A stretch of DNA of 53,824 nt, taken from NCBI GenBank assembly GCA_049965775.1, contig JBMFVX010000002.1, positions 1 through 53,824 on the forward strand, in the 5' to 3' direction. Positions 17,484 through 26,801 of this stretch are shown in pieces. Numbering within the stretch: the first letter of the stretch is position 1; every line of letters starts with the position of its first letter. The translations under genes were made by a program, and so were the position numbers. The notes beneath the pieces were generated by a model. That model saw only the letters and a list, made by a program, of their open reading frames with translations, had not been told where the DNA came from and searched no databases. The DNA is from Phycisphaerae bacterium (lineage in GTDB: Bacteria > Planctomycetota > Phycisphaerae > WQYP01).

Positions 17484-19127
17484 TTAACGACCCACCCCTG
17501 TTGCCGCCGCTTGCCCTTGGCCAATAATGCCGTCCTCAAGATCCATCTGGTCCGCCAGCAGTGAGCCAAATATCGTCATGCCATGTGCCGCCTGTACCCG
17601 CACACAGACCATCTGTCCTTCGAGTCGCGGCGTGCCGGCGAATACTACAATCTGATCGGCCGCGGTGCGGCCTGTGAGTTGTACTTCGCTTGGCGTTTTC
17701 TTACCCGCCCCCGACGACATATCCTTCCCATTAATCGCCGCAGCCAGCCGCGAACCCAACTCGACCGGGCGCTCTCCCGCAGCGACCGCCGCTGCGCCGG
17801 CGACAATCGAGTCGCTACCCCGCCAGCCGCTCGGCCCCTCACAGAGCACCTCTACAGTGGCGCCTATCAGCGAGCGATTAAGCTCCTGGCTAATTTCGTT
17901 CTGCAGCGACAGAAGATCATTGTTGCGGTATCGCTTGGTTGCATCGGGCACATCATCCTCATATCGTCTTATAGCCACTGTGCCGGGGCGCGGAGAGTAT
18001 TTAAATATAAAGGCATTTTTGTATCGCGCAGCCTGCACCAGTTGCCGGGTTTGTTCGTAGTCGGCGTCGGTTTCGGTCGGAAAGCCGACGATAAAATCAC
18101 CGGCGAATGCAACGCCAGGCAAAGTGTGCCGCGCATCTTCCAGCAACTTCAGGTAGCTCTCTACGGTGTAACCGCGATTCATTAATTTGAGAATACGGTT
18201 ACTGCCCGATTGCGCCGGAATGTGCAGATAACGACATATTCGGGGACATGCAGCCATCGCATCGAGAATATCCTGGCCAAAATCGGCCGGATAGCTGGTG
18301 AGGAATCGCAGCCGCGGCAGCTGCGGCAGCGCGTCGTGCAAACGCACCAGCAGTTCGGCAAAACTGGTAACCTTTTTTACCGGACCGCCGGGCGCACTTA
18401 CTGCCGATTCCTCATACTTATAATGATTAACCGTTTGGCCCAAAAGCGTAACTTCCAGCGCGCCTGCTTCCACCAGCTTGCGGGCTTCACTAATAATGGC
18501 ATCGGGATCGCGGCTGATCTCCGGCCCGCGGGTGTACGGCACCACACAATACGTGCAAAATTTGTTGCACCCGCGCACCAACCGCACATAAGCCTGATAG
18601 CGGTTCTTTTCAGGTGAAAAGCTGCGCGACAAATCAAGCAACTCTAAACCGTCGGTCTCCGCAGCCGCCAGAGTGCTCGACCGTCTTGCGGTATCGCCAG
18701 ACAACGCCGCCTGCTGGCGCCCGGTCAGCAATACATTGTTAAGCAGCGAGGGGAGTTTATCGAGTTCGCTGGGACCACAGAGCAAGTCTACATGCTCCAT
18801 GCGTTTAAGCATTCGTAATCCGTCGCGCTCGGCCATACAGCCGACGACCCCCACCACCAGGTCCTTATCAGTCTGTTTGCGTATCTTCAGTCGACCCAGC
18901 CGGGAAAGTACCTTATTTTCGGCCAGCTCACGAACTGAGCAAGTGTTGTACAGCACTACATCCGCGTCATCGCAATTGGTGGTAAAATCAAAACCCAAGC
19001 TCCGGAGCTGCCCCTCGATGAGTTCGCTATCTAGAACGTTCATCTGGCAGCCGAAGGTTTCAAGATAAATCTTTTTTCCCAAGCCGTTCATCATCCGCTC
19101 TTGCCAAGTCATTTTGAAAGCAGGCAC
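17484..19127 (-). CDS. miaB: tRNA-2-methylthio-N6-dimethylallyladenosine synthase (radical-SAM methylthiotransferase)
   Basis: UPF0004 domain with YLETFGCQMN, radical-SAM CNKFCTYCVVP, and a C-terminal TRAM domain. The start may be one of the internal Met codons (19094/19091). The TRAM domain carries a ~50-aa low-complexity insert. Confidence 0.85.
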   Translation of the reverse strand: MPAFKMTWQERMMNGLGKKIYLETFGCQMNVLDSELIEGQLRSLGFDFTTNCDDADVVLYNTCSVRELAENKVLSRLGRLKIRKQTDKDLVVGVVGCMAERDGLRMLKRMEHVDLLCGPSELDKLPSLLNNVLLTGRQQAALSGDTARRSSTLAAAETDGLELLDLSRSFSPEKNRYQAYVRLVRGCNKFCTYCVVPYTRGPEISRDPDAIISEARKLVEAGALEVTLLGQTVNHYKYEESAVSAPGGPVKKVTSFAELLVRLHDALPQLPRLRFLTSYPADFGQDILDAMAACPRICRYLHIPAQSGSNRILKLMNRGYTVESYLKLLEDARHTLPGVAFAGDFIVGFPTETDADYEQTRQLVQAARYKNAFIFKYSPRPGTVAIRRYEDDVPDATKRYRNNDLLSLQNEISQELNRSLIGATVEVLCEGPSGWRGSDSIVAGAAAVAAGERPVELGSRLAAAINGKDMSSGAGKKTPSEVQLTGRTAADQIVVFAGTPRLEGQMVCVRVQAAHGMTIFGSLLADQMDLEDGIIGQGQAAATGVGR

Positions 19128-19370
19128 CGCCTATAACACAAATAACATCGGTATGGTAACATATTTGAGGCCGCGCGGCGCGTTTGCCCGCAGGGGGCGG
19201 TGATGTAAAAAGCCGGAAATGACGATGTTGGCAATGCCAGATGCAAAGCGAATCTGCAACGGTAATTCTCAAGCCCCCGCCGCCGCAAAATCGTGTATAG
19301 TATAAGTACAGCCACGGCTTCGCGGGCTGCTGGGTTGGCGTTGTCGTTTTTTCACAAGAGTATAGGCTTT

Positions 19371-20789
19371 ATGGCAAACGAACAGCAGATGACGGTTTCT
19401 ATTGAAGGTCCTGGCAAAGGCAAAGCCTACTTCGATCGGGCTAAAACGGTCGCCGAAACGGGCAATTACGATTACGCCATTGACATGTATATCGAGGGCT
19501 TGTCGCGCGAACCACTTAAAATGGACGAACACGAGGCGCTGCGCGACATCTCGCTTCGCCGTAAAATCAAGGGTGGCAAGCCGGCGGGAGGATTCCTGGG
19601 ATCTAAGTCCTATTTTAAGGGAAAAACTCCCAAAGATCAGATGCTCAATGCCGAATGGAGCCTGGCAAAGGACCCTGGCAACATCGCGCTGATGCTGACC
19701 ATGCTTAAGGCGGCCGCAGCCGCAGGGTATCGCGAGGTGGTAACGTGGTTCGGCCCCACCGTAATTCATGCCAACCGCACACAAAAGACGCCTCAGCCCC
19801 GCATATATTTGGAAATGGCCGACCTGTACGAGTCGCTTCAGGAGTACGCCAAGGCGCTTGAGGCCATACAATTAGCGTTTCAAATGATGCCAGGCGACCC
19901 CGAACTGGACCAGCGTATAAAGGAGCTTTCCGCCCAGGAAACTCTCAAAGCCGGCCAGTACGAATCGGGCGGGGATTTTAAGGACTCACTTAAAGATAAG
20001 GAGACCACCAACAAGCTGCTTCAGCAGGAAAACCTCACCAAGAGTCAGGATTATCTGCTTAAAAACATAGAAACGGCGCGTGAAGCCTACCATAAGAATC
20101 CGACCGAACATCAAAATATCGCCAAATATGTCAAGGCGCTGATTGACATGGAAGAGCCCGACTACGAAAACAAAGCAATAGATGTACTCACCGAAGCCTA
20201 TCAACGCACAAAAACATACCGCTATAAGGCCAGCATCGGCGAAATAAAAATGAAGCAACTGCGCCGCGATGCCCGGATGCTCGCCGAGGCCATCAAAGCT
20301 CATCCTGACGATCATTCACTGCAGCAAGATTTGCAGAAGGTTGAAGCCGAGCGACTTAAGTTTGAAACTGAGGAGTATCACGAGCGCACGCTGCACTTCC
20401 CCACCGATATGGGCGTGCTTTACGAATACGGCTATCGGCTTTACCGCGCACGTCGCTTTGATGAAGCCATCAAAGCTTTTCAGCAGGCGCAAACACATCC
20501 ACGCCATCGAGCTGAGGCCTTGCATCTGCTGGGCCGATGCTTTCTGGAGCAAAAAATGTACCGCGAAGCCGTGGATACGCTGCGCCGCGCCATTGAAAGC
20601 TACGATTTAGCGGAAACAGGGGATGCCCGCAGCAAAGAACTGCACTATTGGCTTGCGCGAGCGCTCGAACAGATTCGTGAGTTGCCTGAAGCCGAAAAGA
20701 TATACAGTCGCATCACCCAATGGGACATTGACTTTCGTGACGCACGCGATCGGCTGGGGGCGCTGCGGGTAGCCTCCGAAAAGCAGTAA
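19371..20789 (+). CDS. Tetratricopeptide-repeat (TPR) protein
   Basis: Repeated TPR-like helices (YDYAIDMYIEGL, EYAKALEAIQLAF, FDEAIKAFQQA, YREAVDTLRRAIE). ATG 19371 (MANEQQ) is preferred because the track start extends into the divergent intergenic region. Confidence 0.7.
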   Translation: MANEQQMTVSIEGPGKGKAYFDRAKTVAETGNYDYAIDMYIEGLSREPLKMDEHEALRDISLRRKIKGGKPAGGFLGSKSYFKGKTPKDQMLNAEWSLAKDPGNIALMLTMLKAAAAAGYREVVTWFGPTVIHANRTQKTPQPRIYLEMADLYESLQEYAKALEAIQLAFQMMPGDPELDQRIKELSAQETLKAGQYESGGDFKDSLKDKETTNKLLQQENLTKSQDYLLKNIETAREAYHKNPTEHQNIAKYVKALIDMEEPDYENKAIDVLTEAYQRTKTYRYKASIGEIKMKQLRRDARMLAEAIKAHPDDHSLQQDLQKVEAERLKFETEEYHERTLHFPTDMGVLYEYGYRLYRARRFDEAIKAFQQAQTHPRHRAEALHLLGRCFLEQKMYREAVDTLRRAIESYDLAETGDARSKELHYWLARALEQIRELPEAEKIYSRITQWDIDFRDARDRLGALRVASEKQ

Positions 20790-20824
20790 ACAACCACGGC
20801 ACCAATTGGGATTAATTTGCACGC

Positions 20825-21196
20825 ATGGACGAGTCATTTCCTGTTACCCTGCAGAAGGAATTTCGCTTTGAGGCCGCCCACAGGCTGCCCATGGCACCGG
20901 CTGAACACAAGTGCGCCCGGCTGCATGGACACTCCTTTCGCATCATTATCGAGGTAAGCGGCCCCGTGCTTCCTCATACCGGCTGGCTCATGGACTTTGG
21001 CGACATCAAGGCGGCATTTGCCCCACTGATGGACCAACTCGATCATCGTTACCTTAACGAAATCGCCGGTCTCGAAAACCCTACAAGCGAAAATCTCGCC
21101 CGCTGGATTTGGCGGAGACTCAAAGCCAACCTGCCCATGCTCAGTACCGTTACCGTCGAAGAAACCTGCACCAGCCGCTGCGTATACCGCGAATAG
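20825..21196 (+). CDS. queD: 6-carboxy-5,6,7,8-tetrahydropterin synthase
   Basis: 123 aa with [19 protein letters not shown] (zinc/catalytic motif) and DHRYLNEI. Confidence 0.9.
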   Translation: MDESFPVTLQKEFRFEAAHRLPMAPAEHKCARLHGHSFRIIIEVSGPVLPHTGWLMDFGDIKAAFAPLMDQLDHRYLNEIAGLENPTSENLARWIWRRLKANLPMLSTVTVEETCTSRCVYRE

Positions 21197-21335
21197 CCGC
21201 TCGCTTCAATCAGCTTTGCGGTCTTTGGGTGCGGAGAAATACATCGTGCCCGCCGCCACGGAGCAGCAAGCGCTTACGCAAAACGCATTGCCCCTGCCGC
21301 ATATCCTCCAGCAGTAACCTTTGGCCTGCCGGACA

Positions 21336-22103
21336 TCAGGCCTCGCCGCCGTTTGAGCCGGTTATCAATGGAAGTTCAAGCCGAAAGTTGGTGCCGCGAC
21401 CGGGATCGCTGCTGACCGTGATGTGCCCTTGATGTTCTTCAATGATGCGGCGCGTAGTGGCGAGTCCCAGCCCGGTCCCCCGCTTTTTGGTGGTAAACCA
21501 CGCCTGGAAAATATGCGGCATTACTTCGGGGCTGATGCCTGCACCGGTGTCGGATACGTCTAGATAAGCCGATCCACCGGCGATATGTGTGCGTACCAGG
21601 AGGTCGCCACCGTTGGGCATAGCCTGCTGGGCGTTAAGCAGCAGGTTAAGCAATGCCTGCTTAAAAAGATTGACGTCAAGCCGGCAGACGGGATCCTGAC
21701 CGGCAAGGCTGCAATGCACCCGGACACGCGTTGCCTGCGCCTGCGGCATAAAAAAATCAACAATATCTGATACCAGCGTGTTGAGTTTTACCGGAGCTGC
21801 CTGCAGTTCCAGTCGGCCGGCAAAGCGGAGAAAATCATCCAAAGATTGCACGAGGCGGTCTACTTCCTTGCGAACGGACTGCGCCCGATTAATGCTGCTT
21901 TGTGCTCCGGGAAGCTTTTCAAGGTCTTCCAGCAGCAATTGCAGATTGAGTTTGATGGTCGAAAGCGGGTTTTTCAGTTCATGGGCTAAACCACCGGCAA
22001 GCTCTCCCAAAGTGGCTAATTGCTGTAAACGTGCCGACCGCTCCTCTTGTTGCCGACGGCGAAGATCCGGAGACTCGTTTTCAGCGGCAATGGTTGTGGT
22101 CAT
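21336..22103 (-). CDS. Cytoplasmic histidine kinase (HisKA + HATPase_c only, no TM or sensor domain)
   Basis: H-box LAHELKNPLSTI, N-box LLLNAQQAM, G1 DTGAGI, G2 GTGLGL. Only a ~35-aa charged N-terminal segment precedes the DHp domain. Confidence 0.8.
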   Translation of the reverse strand: MTTTIAAENESPDLRRRQQEERSARLQQLATLGELAGGLAHELKNPLSTIKLNLQLLLEDLEKLPGAQSSINRAQSVRKEVDRLVQSLDDFLRFAGRLELQAAPVKLNTLVSDIVDFFMPQAQATRVRVHCSLAGQDPVCRLDVNLFKQALLNLLLNAQQAMPNGGDLLVRTHIAGGSAYLDVSDTGAGISPEVMPHIFQAWFTTKKRGTGLGLATTRRIIEEHQGHITVSSDPGRGTNFRLELPLITGSNGGEA

Positions 22104-22181
22104 GGTGAAAAGCTCTCAGCAATGACCAAGCACTGCAGGCACAACCAACTTGGTGCGCATCATAACAGGCATACGCAATGT

Positions 22182-22484
22182 TCAGGCAACGCGCGATTGC
22201 AGTTTCTGCCGTGCTTTGCCATGATTAGCCGGCTTCTTTGGTGCGCCAATGAGCGTATCGCCTTGAACAGCCGCCGGTGCCGGCGCCGGCATGAGTACGC
22301 GCACAGCGGATAGCCCCTTTGGACCGCGCACAGCCTCGTATTCGACGGTGTCGCCGTCCCGCAGCCGGCGAAAGCCATCACCCACGATGACAGAAAAATG
22401 GACAAAAATATCGTCGCCCGCAGAATTGATGAGAAATCCGAAGCCTTTTCTGCAGTCAAACCATTTTACAACGGCTGATGGCAT
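22182..22484 (-). CDS. Cold-shock domain protein (CspA family) with a ~35-aa C-terminal extension
   Basis: RNP1 KGFGFL and RNP2 IFVHF are present. The 100-aa length exceeds the usual ~67 aa. AAGGGGG lies 5 nt before the ATG. Confidence 0.85.
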   Translation of the reverse strand: MPSAVVKWFDCRKGFGFLINSAGDDIFVHFSVIVGDGFRRLRDGDTVEYEAVRGPKGLSAVRVLMPAPAPAAVQGDTLIGAPKKPANHGKARQKLQSRVA

Positions 22485-22802
22485 AGCGGCCCCCTTCTAC
22501 TGATACACATCGCAACCCGCGCATTTCCAGCAGATCGTACAGCGGCGCTGTACAACAAAATCAGCCACATTCGCGATCAATCGCCCCGTTACTCAATACG
22601 CCGAGAACAACCAAATGCATCCAACTGATTACCGATGCAGCGAATTGCCGCACCAACCGGAAACACTTCCACCCTTCCAGTCGGTCGGCCTATTCGGTCT
22701 CAAAACTGCCTTCGTGCACAGGCGACAAGCCGCAGTTAAGCAATCGCATGCGCACGAACAGCGCTCAGCTGAAAGCATCAGCCGAGCCATCATCCAACAA
22801 TA

Positions 22803-22831
22803 GAGTCTAGCAATGTCCAATGACCGATACA
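22803..22831 (-). promoter_or_regulatory. Sigma-70-like promoter candidate for csp (TTGTAT-N17-TAGACT)
   Basis: On the minus strand, TTGTAT is at 22831-22826 and TAGACT at 22808-22803. This sits just downstream of the pnp terminator candidate and implies a ~310-nt csp leader. Confidence 0.35.
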
Positions 22832-22866
22832 AGCCTACAAAGCCGAATTCCCATTATTCCTATAGG

Positions 22867-22893
22867 CGAAAAAATGCCTGCTTTTTCGGCATT
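22867..22893 (-). terminator. Rho-independent terminator candidate for pnp
   Basis: Minus-strand RNA AAUGCC-GAAAAAGCA-GGCAUU followed by UUUUCG. The 5' arm overlaps the pnp stop codon. The stem is only 6 bp. Confidence 0.45.
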
Positions 22894-25024
22894 AGCCAGC
22901 GGCCACCGGGGATGGTTCCCCTTGCGCCTGTGCCCCGGCTTCATCGCGCATGGCCTGCTTTCGCGATAACTTGATGCGGCCCTGGTCATCAATCGCAATT
23001 ACCTTAACGCGCACTTCATCGCCAACGCGAACAGCTTCGCTTACATTCTTCAGGAACTTGTCGGACAGCTCACTAATGTGGCACAGCCCGTCAACGCCCG
23101 GCGTTACTTCAATAAACGCGCCAAAGTCCTTGGTTGAGGTCACGCGACCTGTATATACCTTTCCGATCTTGACATCCTCGGTGAGGCGTTCAACTTCTTC
23201 GCGGGCTCGCTCGGCTGCCTGCATGCCCATGGCGGAAATAAAGACGGTGCCATCGTCCTCAATGTCAATTTTAGCGCCGGTGGTTTCGACGATTTTCTTG
23301 ATGGTTTTTCCGCCGGGGCCAATCACTTTGCCGATCTTTTCCGGATTGATGCGGATGGTAAGCAGTCGCGGAGCGTATGGTGAAATCTGATCGCGCTGGG
23401 TGGGAATGACGGCAAGCATTTTTTCAAGAATAAGCAAGCGGGCCGAACGCGCCTGTTCAAGGGCTTTGACAATCAAGTCTCGCCGAAGCCCTCTAATTTT
23501 CAAGTCCAGTTGAATGCCCGTGATACCAACGGTCGTACCCGAAACTTTAAAGTCCATATCACCGAAGTGATCTTCCTCGCCGATGATGTCCGTTAACAGA
23601 ATATCACGGCCGCCATCGCTTACCAAGCCGATGCTGATGCCGGCAACGGGCCGAATGATCGGCACGCCCGCATCCAAAAGCGCCAGCGTTCCACCGCAAA
23701 CCGAGGCCATGGAAGAACTGCCGTTTGATTCAAGAATGTCGGATACCAGTCGAACAACATACGGAAACTGTTCTGGACTGGGAAGCACCGGCTCCAGTGA
23801 CCGCTCGGCCAGCGCGCCGTGGCCTATTTCGCGGCGGCCAGGCCCCATGATGCGCTTAACTTCGCCGGTTGAAAATGGCGGGAAGTTATAGTGAAGCATA
23901 AATTTTTTGGAGTACTCTTCGCCAAGACCGTCAACAATTTGTTCATCGTCACCGGTGCCAAGCGTTGTGGTAACCAGAGCCTGCGTCTCGCCACGGGTAA
24001 AGATTGCCGAACCGTGGGTTCGCGGCAGCACAGACACTTCACATGAAATAGGTCGAATAGTTACGCTATCGCGTCCGTCAGAACGCTTGCCGGCAGCAAT
24101 CAATTCGCGCACCACCTTCTCTTCCAGCATGGAAAACGCCATGTTCACCTGCAGAGGATCGTTGGCCGGCTTGCCATCCGCACCAGCTGCGGTCAGTTGC
24201 GTTACCAGCTTAGTTTTCACAGCGGCGACGGCGTCATTGCGAGCCTGCTTGCCGGGTATCTGCTTGGCGGCTAGGAGCTCACCATGAAACGCCGCGACAG
24301 CGTTTACCAACGTTTCGGACGGGCCATGAAGCGGACATACCTTGGGCTTGCCGGCTTTCGTGACCAGCTCTTTCTGCATGGCAGTAAGTTCACGGATAAT
24401 GCCATGACCAAGATCAATGGCGTCAAGAACGGTTTGCTCGGGAATTTCTCGGGCGCCGATTTCAATCATGTTAACGGCGTCATCTGTGCCGGTAAGCAGA
24501 AGATCCAAGTCGGACGAGTCGAGATCGGCCGTGGTGGGCATGATGGCGAATTTGCCATCCACGCGGCCAATTCGCACGGCACCTATCGGGCCTTCAAATG
24601 GAACGCTGCTGATGCTTAGCGCCGCAGACGCACCGATCATGGCCAGCACATCCGGGTCGTTTTGGCCATCGGCCGAGAGCACCATCACCTGGATGAGCAC
24701 TTCATCGAAATAGCCGGCGGGAAAGAGCGGCCGAATGGGACGGTCTATCATGCGGGCGGTAAGCGTTTCTTTGGTGGAGGGACGTCCCTCACGCTTGATA
24801 AAGCCGCCGGGAAATTTACCGGCAGCCGAGGTTTTTTCACGATAATCAACCGTCAACGGAAAAAAATCGGTACCTGGCCGCGGGTCTGACGACACAACCG
24901 TTGCCAGCACGACGGTGTCGCCATAGCGCACCAGTACCGCTCCATCCGCCTGCTTGGCAAGATGTCCGGTTTCGATGGTAAGCGGGCGACCATTGATGTT
25001 TTTTTCAACTTTTACGAGAGCCAT
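22892..25024 (-). CDS. pnp: Polyribonucleotide nucleotidyltransferase (PNPase)
   Basis: 710 aa with two RNase PH domains plus KH (KIGKVIGPGGKTIK) and S1 (GKVYTGRVTSTKDFGAFIEV) domains. It follows rpsO, as is typical. Confidence 0.95.
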   Translation of the reverse strand: MALVKVEKNINGRPLTIETGHLAKQADGAVLVRYGDTVVLATVVSSDPRPGTDFFPLTVDYREKTSAAGKFPGGFIKREGRPSTKETLTARMIDRPIRPLFPAGYFDEVLIQVMVLSADGQNDPDVLAMIGASAALSISSVPFEGPIGAVRIGRVDGKFAIMPTTADLDSSDLDLLLTGTDDAVNMIEIGAREIPEQTVLDAIDLGHGIIRELTAMQKELVTKAGKPKVCPLHGPSETLVNAVAAFHGELLAAKQIPGKQARNDAVAAVKTKLVTQLTAAGADGKPANDPLQVNMAFSMLEEKVVRELIAAGKRSDGRDSVTIRPISCEVSVLPRTHGSAIFTRGETQALVTTTLGTGDDEQIVDGLGEEYSKKFMLHYNFPPFSTGEVKRIMGPGRREIGHGALAERSLEPVLPSPEQFPYVVRLVSDILESNGSSSMASVCGGTLALLDAGVPIIRPVAGISIGLVSDGGRDILLTDIIGEEDHFGDMDFKVSGTTVGITGIQLDLKIRGLRRDLIVKALEQARSARLLILEKMLAVIPTQRDQISPYAPRLLTIRINPEKIGKVIGPGGKTIKKIVETTGAKIDIEDDGTVFISAMGMQAAERAREEVERLTEDVKIGKVYTGRVTSTKDFGAFIEVTPGVDGLCHISELSDKFLKNVSEAVRVGDEVRVKVIAIDDQGRIKLSRKQAMRDEAGAQAQGEPSPVAAG

Positions 25025-25079
25025 ATTGTCCTACCTATTTTACGGAGACCAACACACAACGTCAGGCAATCGTCGTCAA

Positions 25080-25100
25080 GGAACCAGCCAATCTGGTTCC
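25080..25100 (-). promoter_or_regulatory. Perfect 8-bp hairpin in the pnp leader (candidate processing or autoregulatory stem)
   Basis: GGAACCAG-CCAAT-CTGGTTCC, located 56-76 nt upstream of the pnp ATG (25024). No U-tract follows. Confidence 0.35.
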
Positions 25101-25173
25101 GCGCAATAGCCCAACACAATTTTTCCGATTCACTGCCGGCCCTAACCACAAACAACGCTCAAAGTCGCCACAA

Positions 25174-25190
25174 CCCGCCAGGCAGGCGGG
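25174..25190 (-). terminator. GC-rich hairpin downstream of rpsO (candidate rpsO terminator or attenuator)
   Basis: CCCGCC-AGGCA-GGCGGG lies 44-60 nt past the rpsO stop. On the minus strand it is followed by UUGUGG, only a weak U-tract. Confidence 0.3.
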
Positions 25191-25233
25191 AGCGGAACCA
25201 AACGCTTGAGCACAGGTCGCGGTCATAGGCAAT

Positions 25234-25500
25234 TTACTTACGCAATCCAAGGCGTGTAATAATGTTTTGATAACGCTGCGGATCGGTGCGCGTCAGGTAT
25301 TTTAGCAAGCTCGAGCGCTTACCGACCATCTTGAGCAATCCGCGGCGCGACGAAAAATCTTTTTTATGCGTTTGCAGATGAACCGTCAGTTCATTGATGC
25401 GCTCCGTGAGCAGCGCTATTTGAATTTCCGCAGAGCCTGTGTCCGTTTGGTGAATCCGGGTTTTGGAAATAACTTCCAACTTCTTTTCGGTTGTGATCAT
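25234..25500 (-). CDS. rpsO: 30S ribosomal protein S15
   Basis: 89 aa from ATG 25500: [13 protein letters not shown]...[47 protein letters not shown]. Confidence 0.95.
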   Translation of the reverse strand: MITTEKKLEVISKTRIHQTDTGSAEIQIALLTERINELTVHLQTHKKDFSSRRGLLKMVGKRSSLLKYLTRTDPQRYQNIITRLGLRK

Positions 25501-25590
25501 GCGAAAGGGCACCCTTCTAACAGTACTATCGCGCCAGGATACCGCCAGCACGCGCCAGCATGGTCCTCATGCGATTTTTCTAGAGTGGCA

Positions 25591-25620
25591 AGTATACTCC
25601 ATCGCAAGCTGCTTTGACAA
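25591..25620 (-). promoter_or_regulatory. Sigma-70-like promoter candidate for rpsO (TTGTCA-N18-TATACT)
   Basis: On the minus strand, TTGTCA is at 25620-25615 and TATACT at 25596-25591, about 85 nt upstream of the rpsO ATG. Confidence 0.4.
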
Positions 25621-25722
25621 GGACTCTGATAAGATTTTTCAAATTCGCGGAATTATGGGCATTACCCCACCCCCAGATTTCGCATTTCTGCCAAAAGTAT
25701 CTTTACGATACAATCCAAATCT

Positions 25723-26112
25723 ATGACAGAGCCTCAAAAACCCTATGATGCCAACACGGCAATGGCCGCCGAGAGAACCGTGCTGGCTTGGATTCGCACT
25801 GGCTTGGCCCTTATGGGCTTCGGCTTTGTGGTGGCAAAGTTTGGACTGTTTCTCCGCAAGCTCGCCGAACTCCGCGATGTACATATCAAAGTTTCTACCA
25901 ATCAATCACTCTCCGTCTGGATTGGTGTTGCGCTGGTATTGCTTGGCGTTGCGGTCAATATTGCCGCCGCCTTCCGCTTTTTAGGAACCATTCGCTCGCT
26001 GGAGAGCGGCCGCCCCGCCGCCCCTATCCGTTGGCAGTTAGCTATGGTGGTGGCTTTGGTGATGGCGGTGATTGGCATTGGCATAGCGGTGTATTTATTC
26101 AAGCTCAAATGA
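25723..26112 (+). CDS. DUF202 (YidH-like) membrane protein
   Basis: [27 protein letters not shown] is the DUF202 signature. Three predicted TM helices. Confidence 0.7.
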   Translation: MTEPQKPYDANTAMAAERTVLAWIRTGLALMGFGFVVAKFGLFLRKLAELRDVHIKVSTNQSLSVWIGVALVLLGVAVNIAAAFRFLGTIRSLESGRPAAPIRWQLAMVVALVMAVIGIGIAVYLFKLK

Positions 26113-26725
26113 CGTGGCTAATTGCCAGCCCAGAGCCATCACTTACGTTCCAGAGCTTAATTGCCGGCACATCTCGATGGCGGTCATAGCCCAACATACT
26201 CACCGATGCCGTATCAAGCAGCAGGCCCTCCGCGGCCGCCGGAGGCAGCGCCAGCCAACGTACAGCCAGCATTCGCAGCAAATGCCCGCTTGAAAATATA
26301 AGAATATTGCCCGTGGCTGCCTTGAGCCGTGAAACCAAACGATCGGCCCGGGCGGCAATATCCGCCACTGATTCACCTTGCGGGCAGCCATCATGAAACA
26401 ATCGCCAACCAGGATGTGTTGCACGAATTTCAGCCGTGGTTTTTCCCTCGTACAAGCCATAGTCATATTCAAGCAGGTCCGATACCGCTTGAGCTTGCAA
26501 GCCATAACCTGCCAGTTCGCAGGTGGTTTTGGCTCGCTGCAGAGGACTTACCCATACCTGTTGATATGCCAAAAGTTTCAGCCGCGCGGCAAGCGCAATC
26601 GCTCGTCTCCGCCCCTGGTCGGTCAGCGGCAAATCAGTCCGGCCGGTATGTTTGCCCAAACGCGACCACTCGGTTTCGCCATGTCGCACCAACACCATCC
26701 ACGGTAAATCTGATTCAGTCAACAA
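26105..26725 (-). CDS. Histidine phosphatase family protein (phosphoglycerate-mutase-like)
   Basis: N-terminal RHG motif [26 protein letters not shown]. 206 aa. It lies 76 nt downstream of xfp on the same strand. Confidence 0.8.
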   Translation of the reverse strand: MLTESDLPWMVLVRHGETEWSRLGKHTGRTDLPLTDQGRRRAIALAARLKLLAYQQVWVSPLQRAKTTCELAGYGLQAQAVSDLLEYDYGLYEGKTTAEIRATHPGWRLFHDGCPQGESVADIAARADRLVSRLKAATGNILIFSSGHLLRMLAVRWLALPPAAAEGLLLDTASVSMLGYDRHRDVPAIKLWNVSDGSGLAISHVI

Positions 26726-26801
26726 ATACTCCTGTTTGCAGTCAGGCTCAATCGCCCGCAGGTCAACGATTCATGCGGAACCACTTGCTCAACATATACT
26801 A

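Noticed and set aside
22530-22555. Similarity of GATCGTACAGC in the csp leader to the E. coli cspA cold box (UGACGUACAGA).
   Set aside because: Only a 6-7-nt core matches. On the transcribed (minus) strand the match comes from the palindrome, and cold-box function is not established outside enterobacteria. The palindrome itself is kept as an observation.
26105-26112. An 8-bp convergent overlap of the DUF202 gene and the histidine phosphatase gene 3' ends, with no terminator between them.
   Set aside because: Short convergent overlaps are common in compact genomes, and nothing else is unusual at the site.
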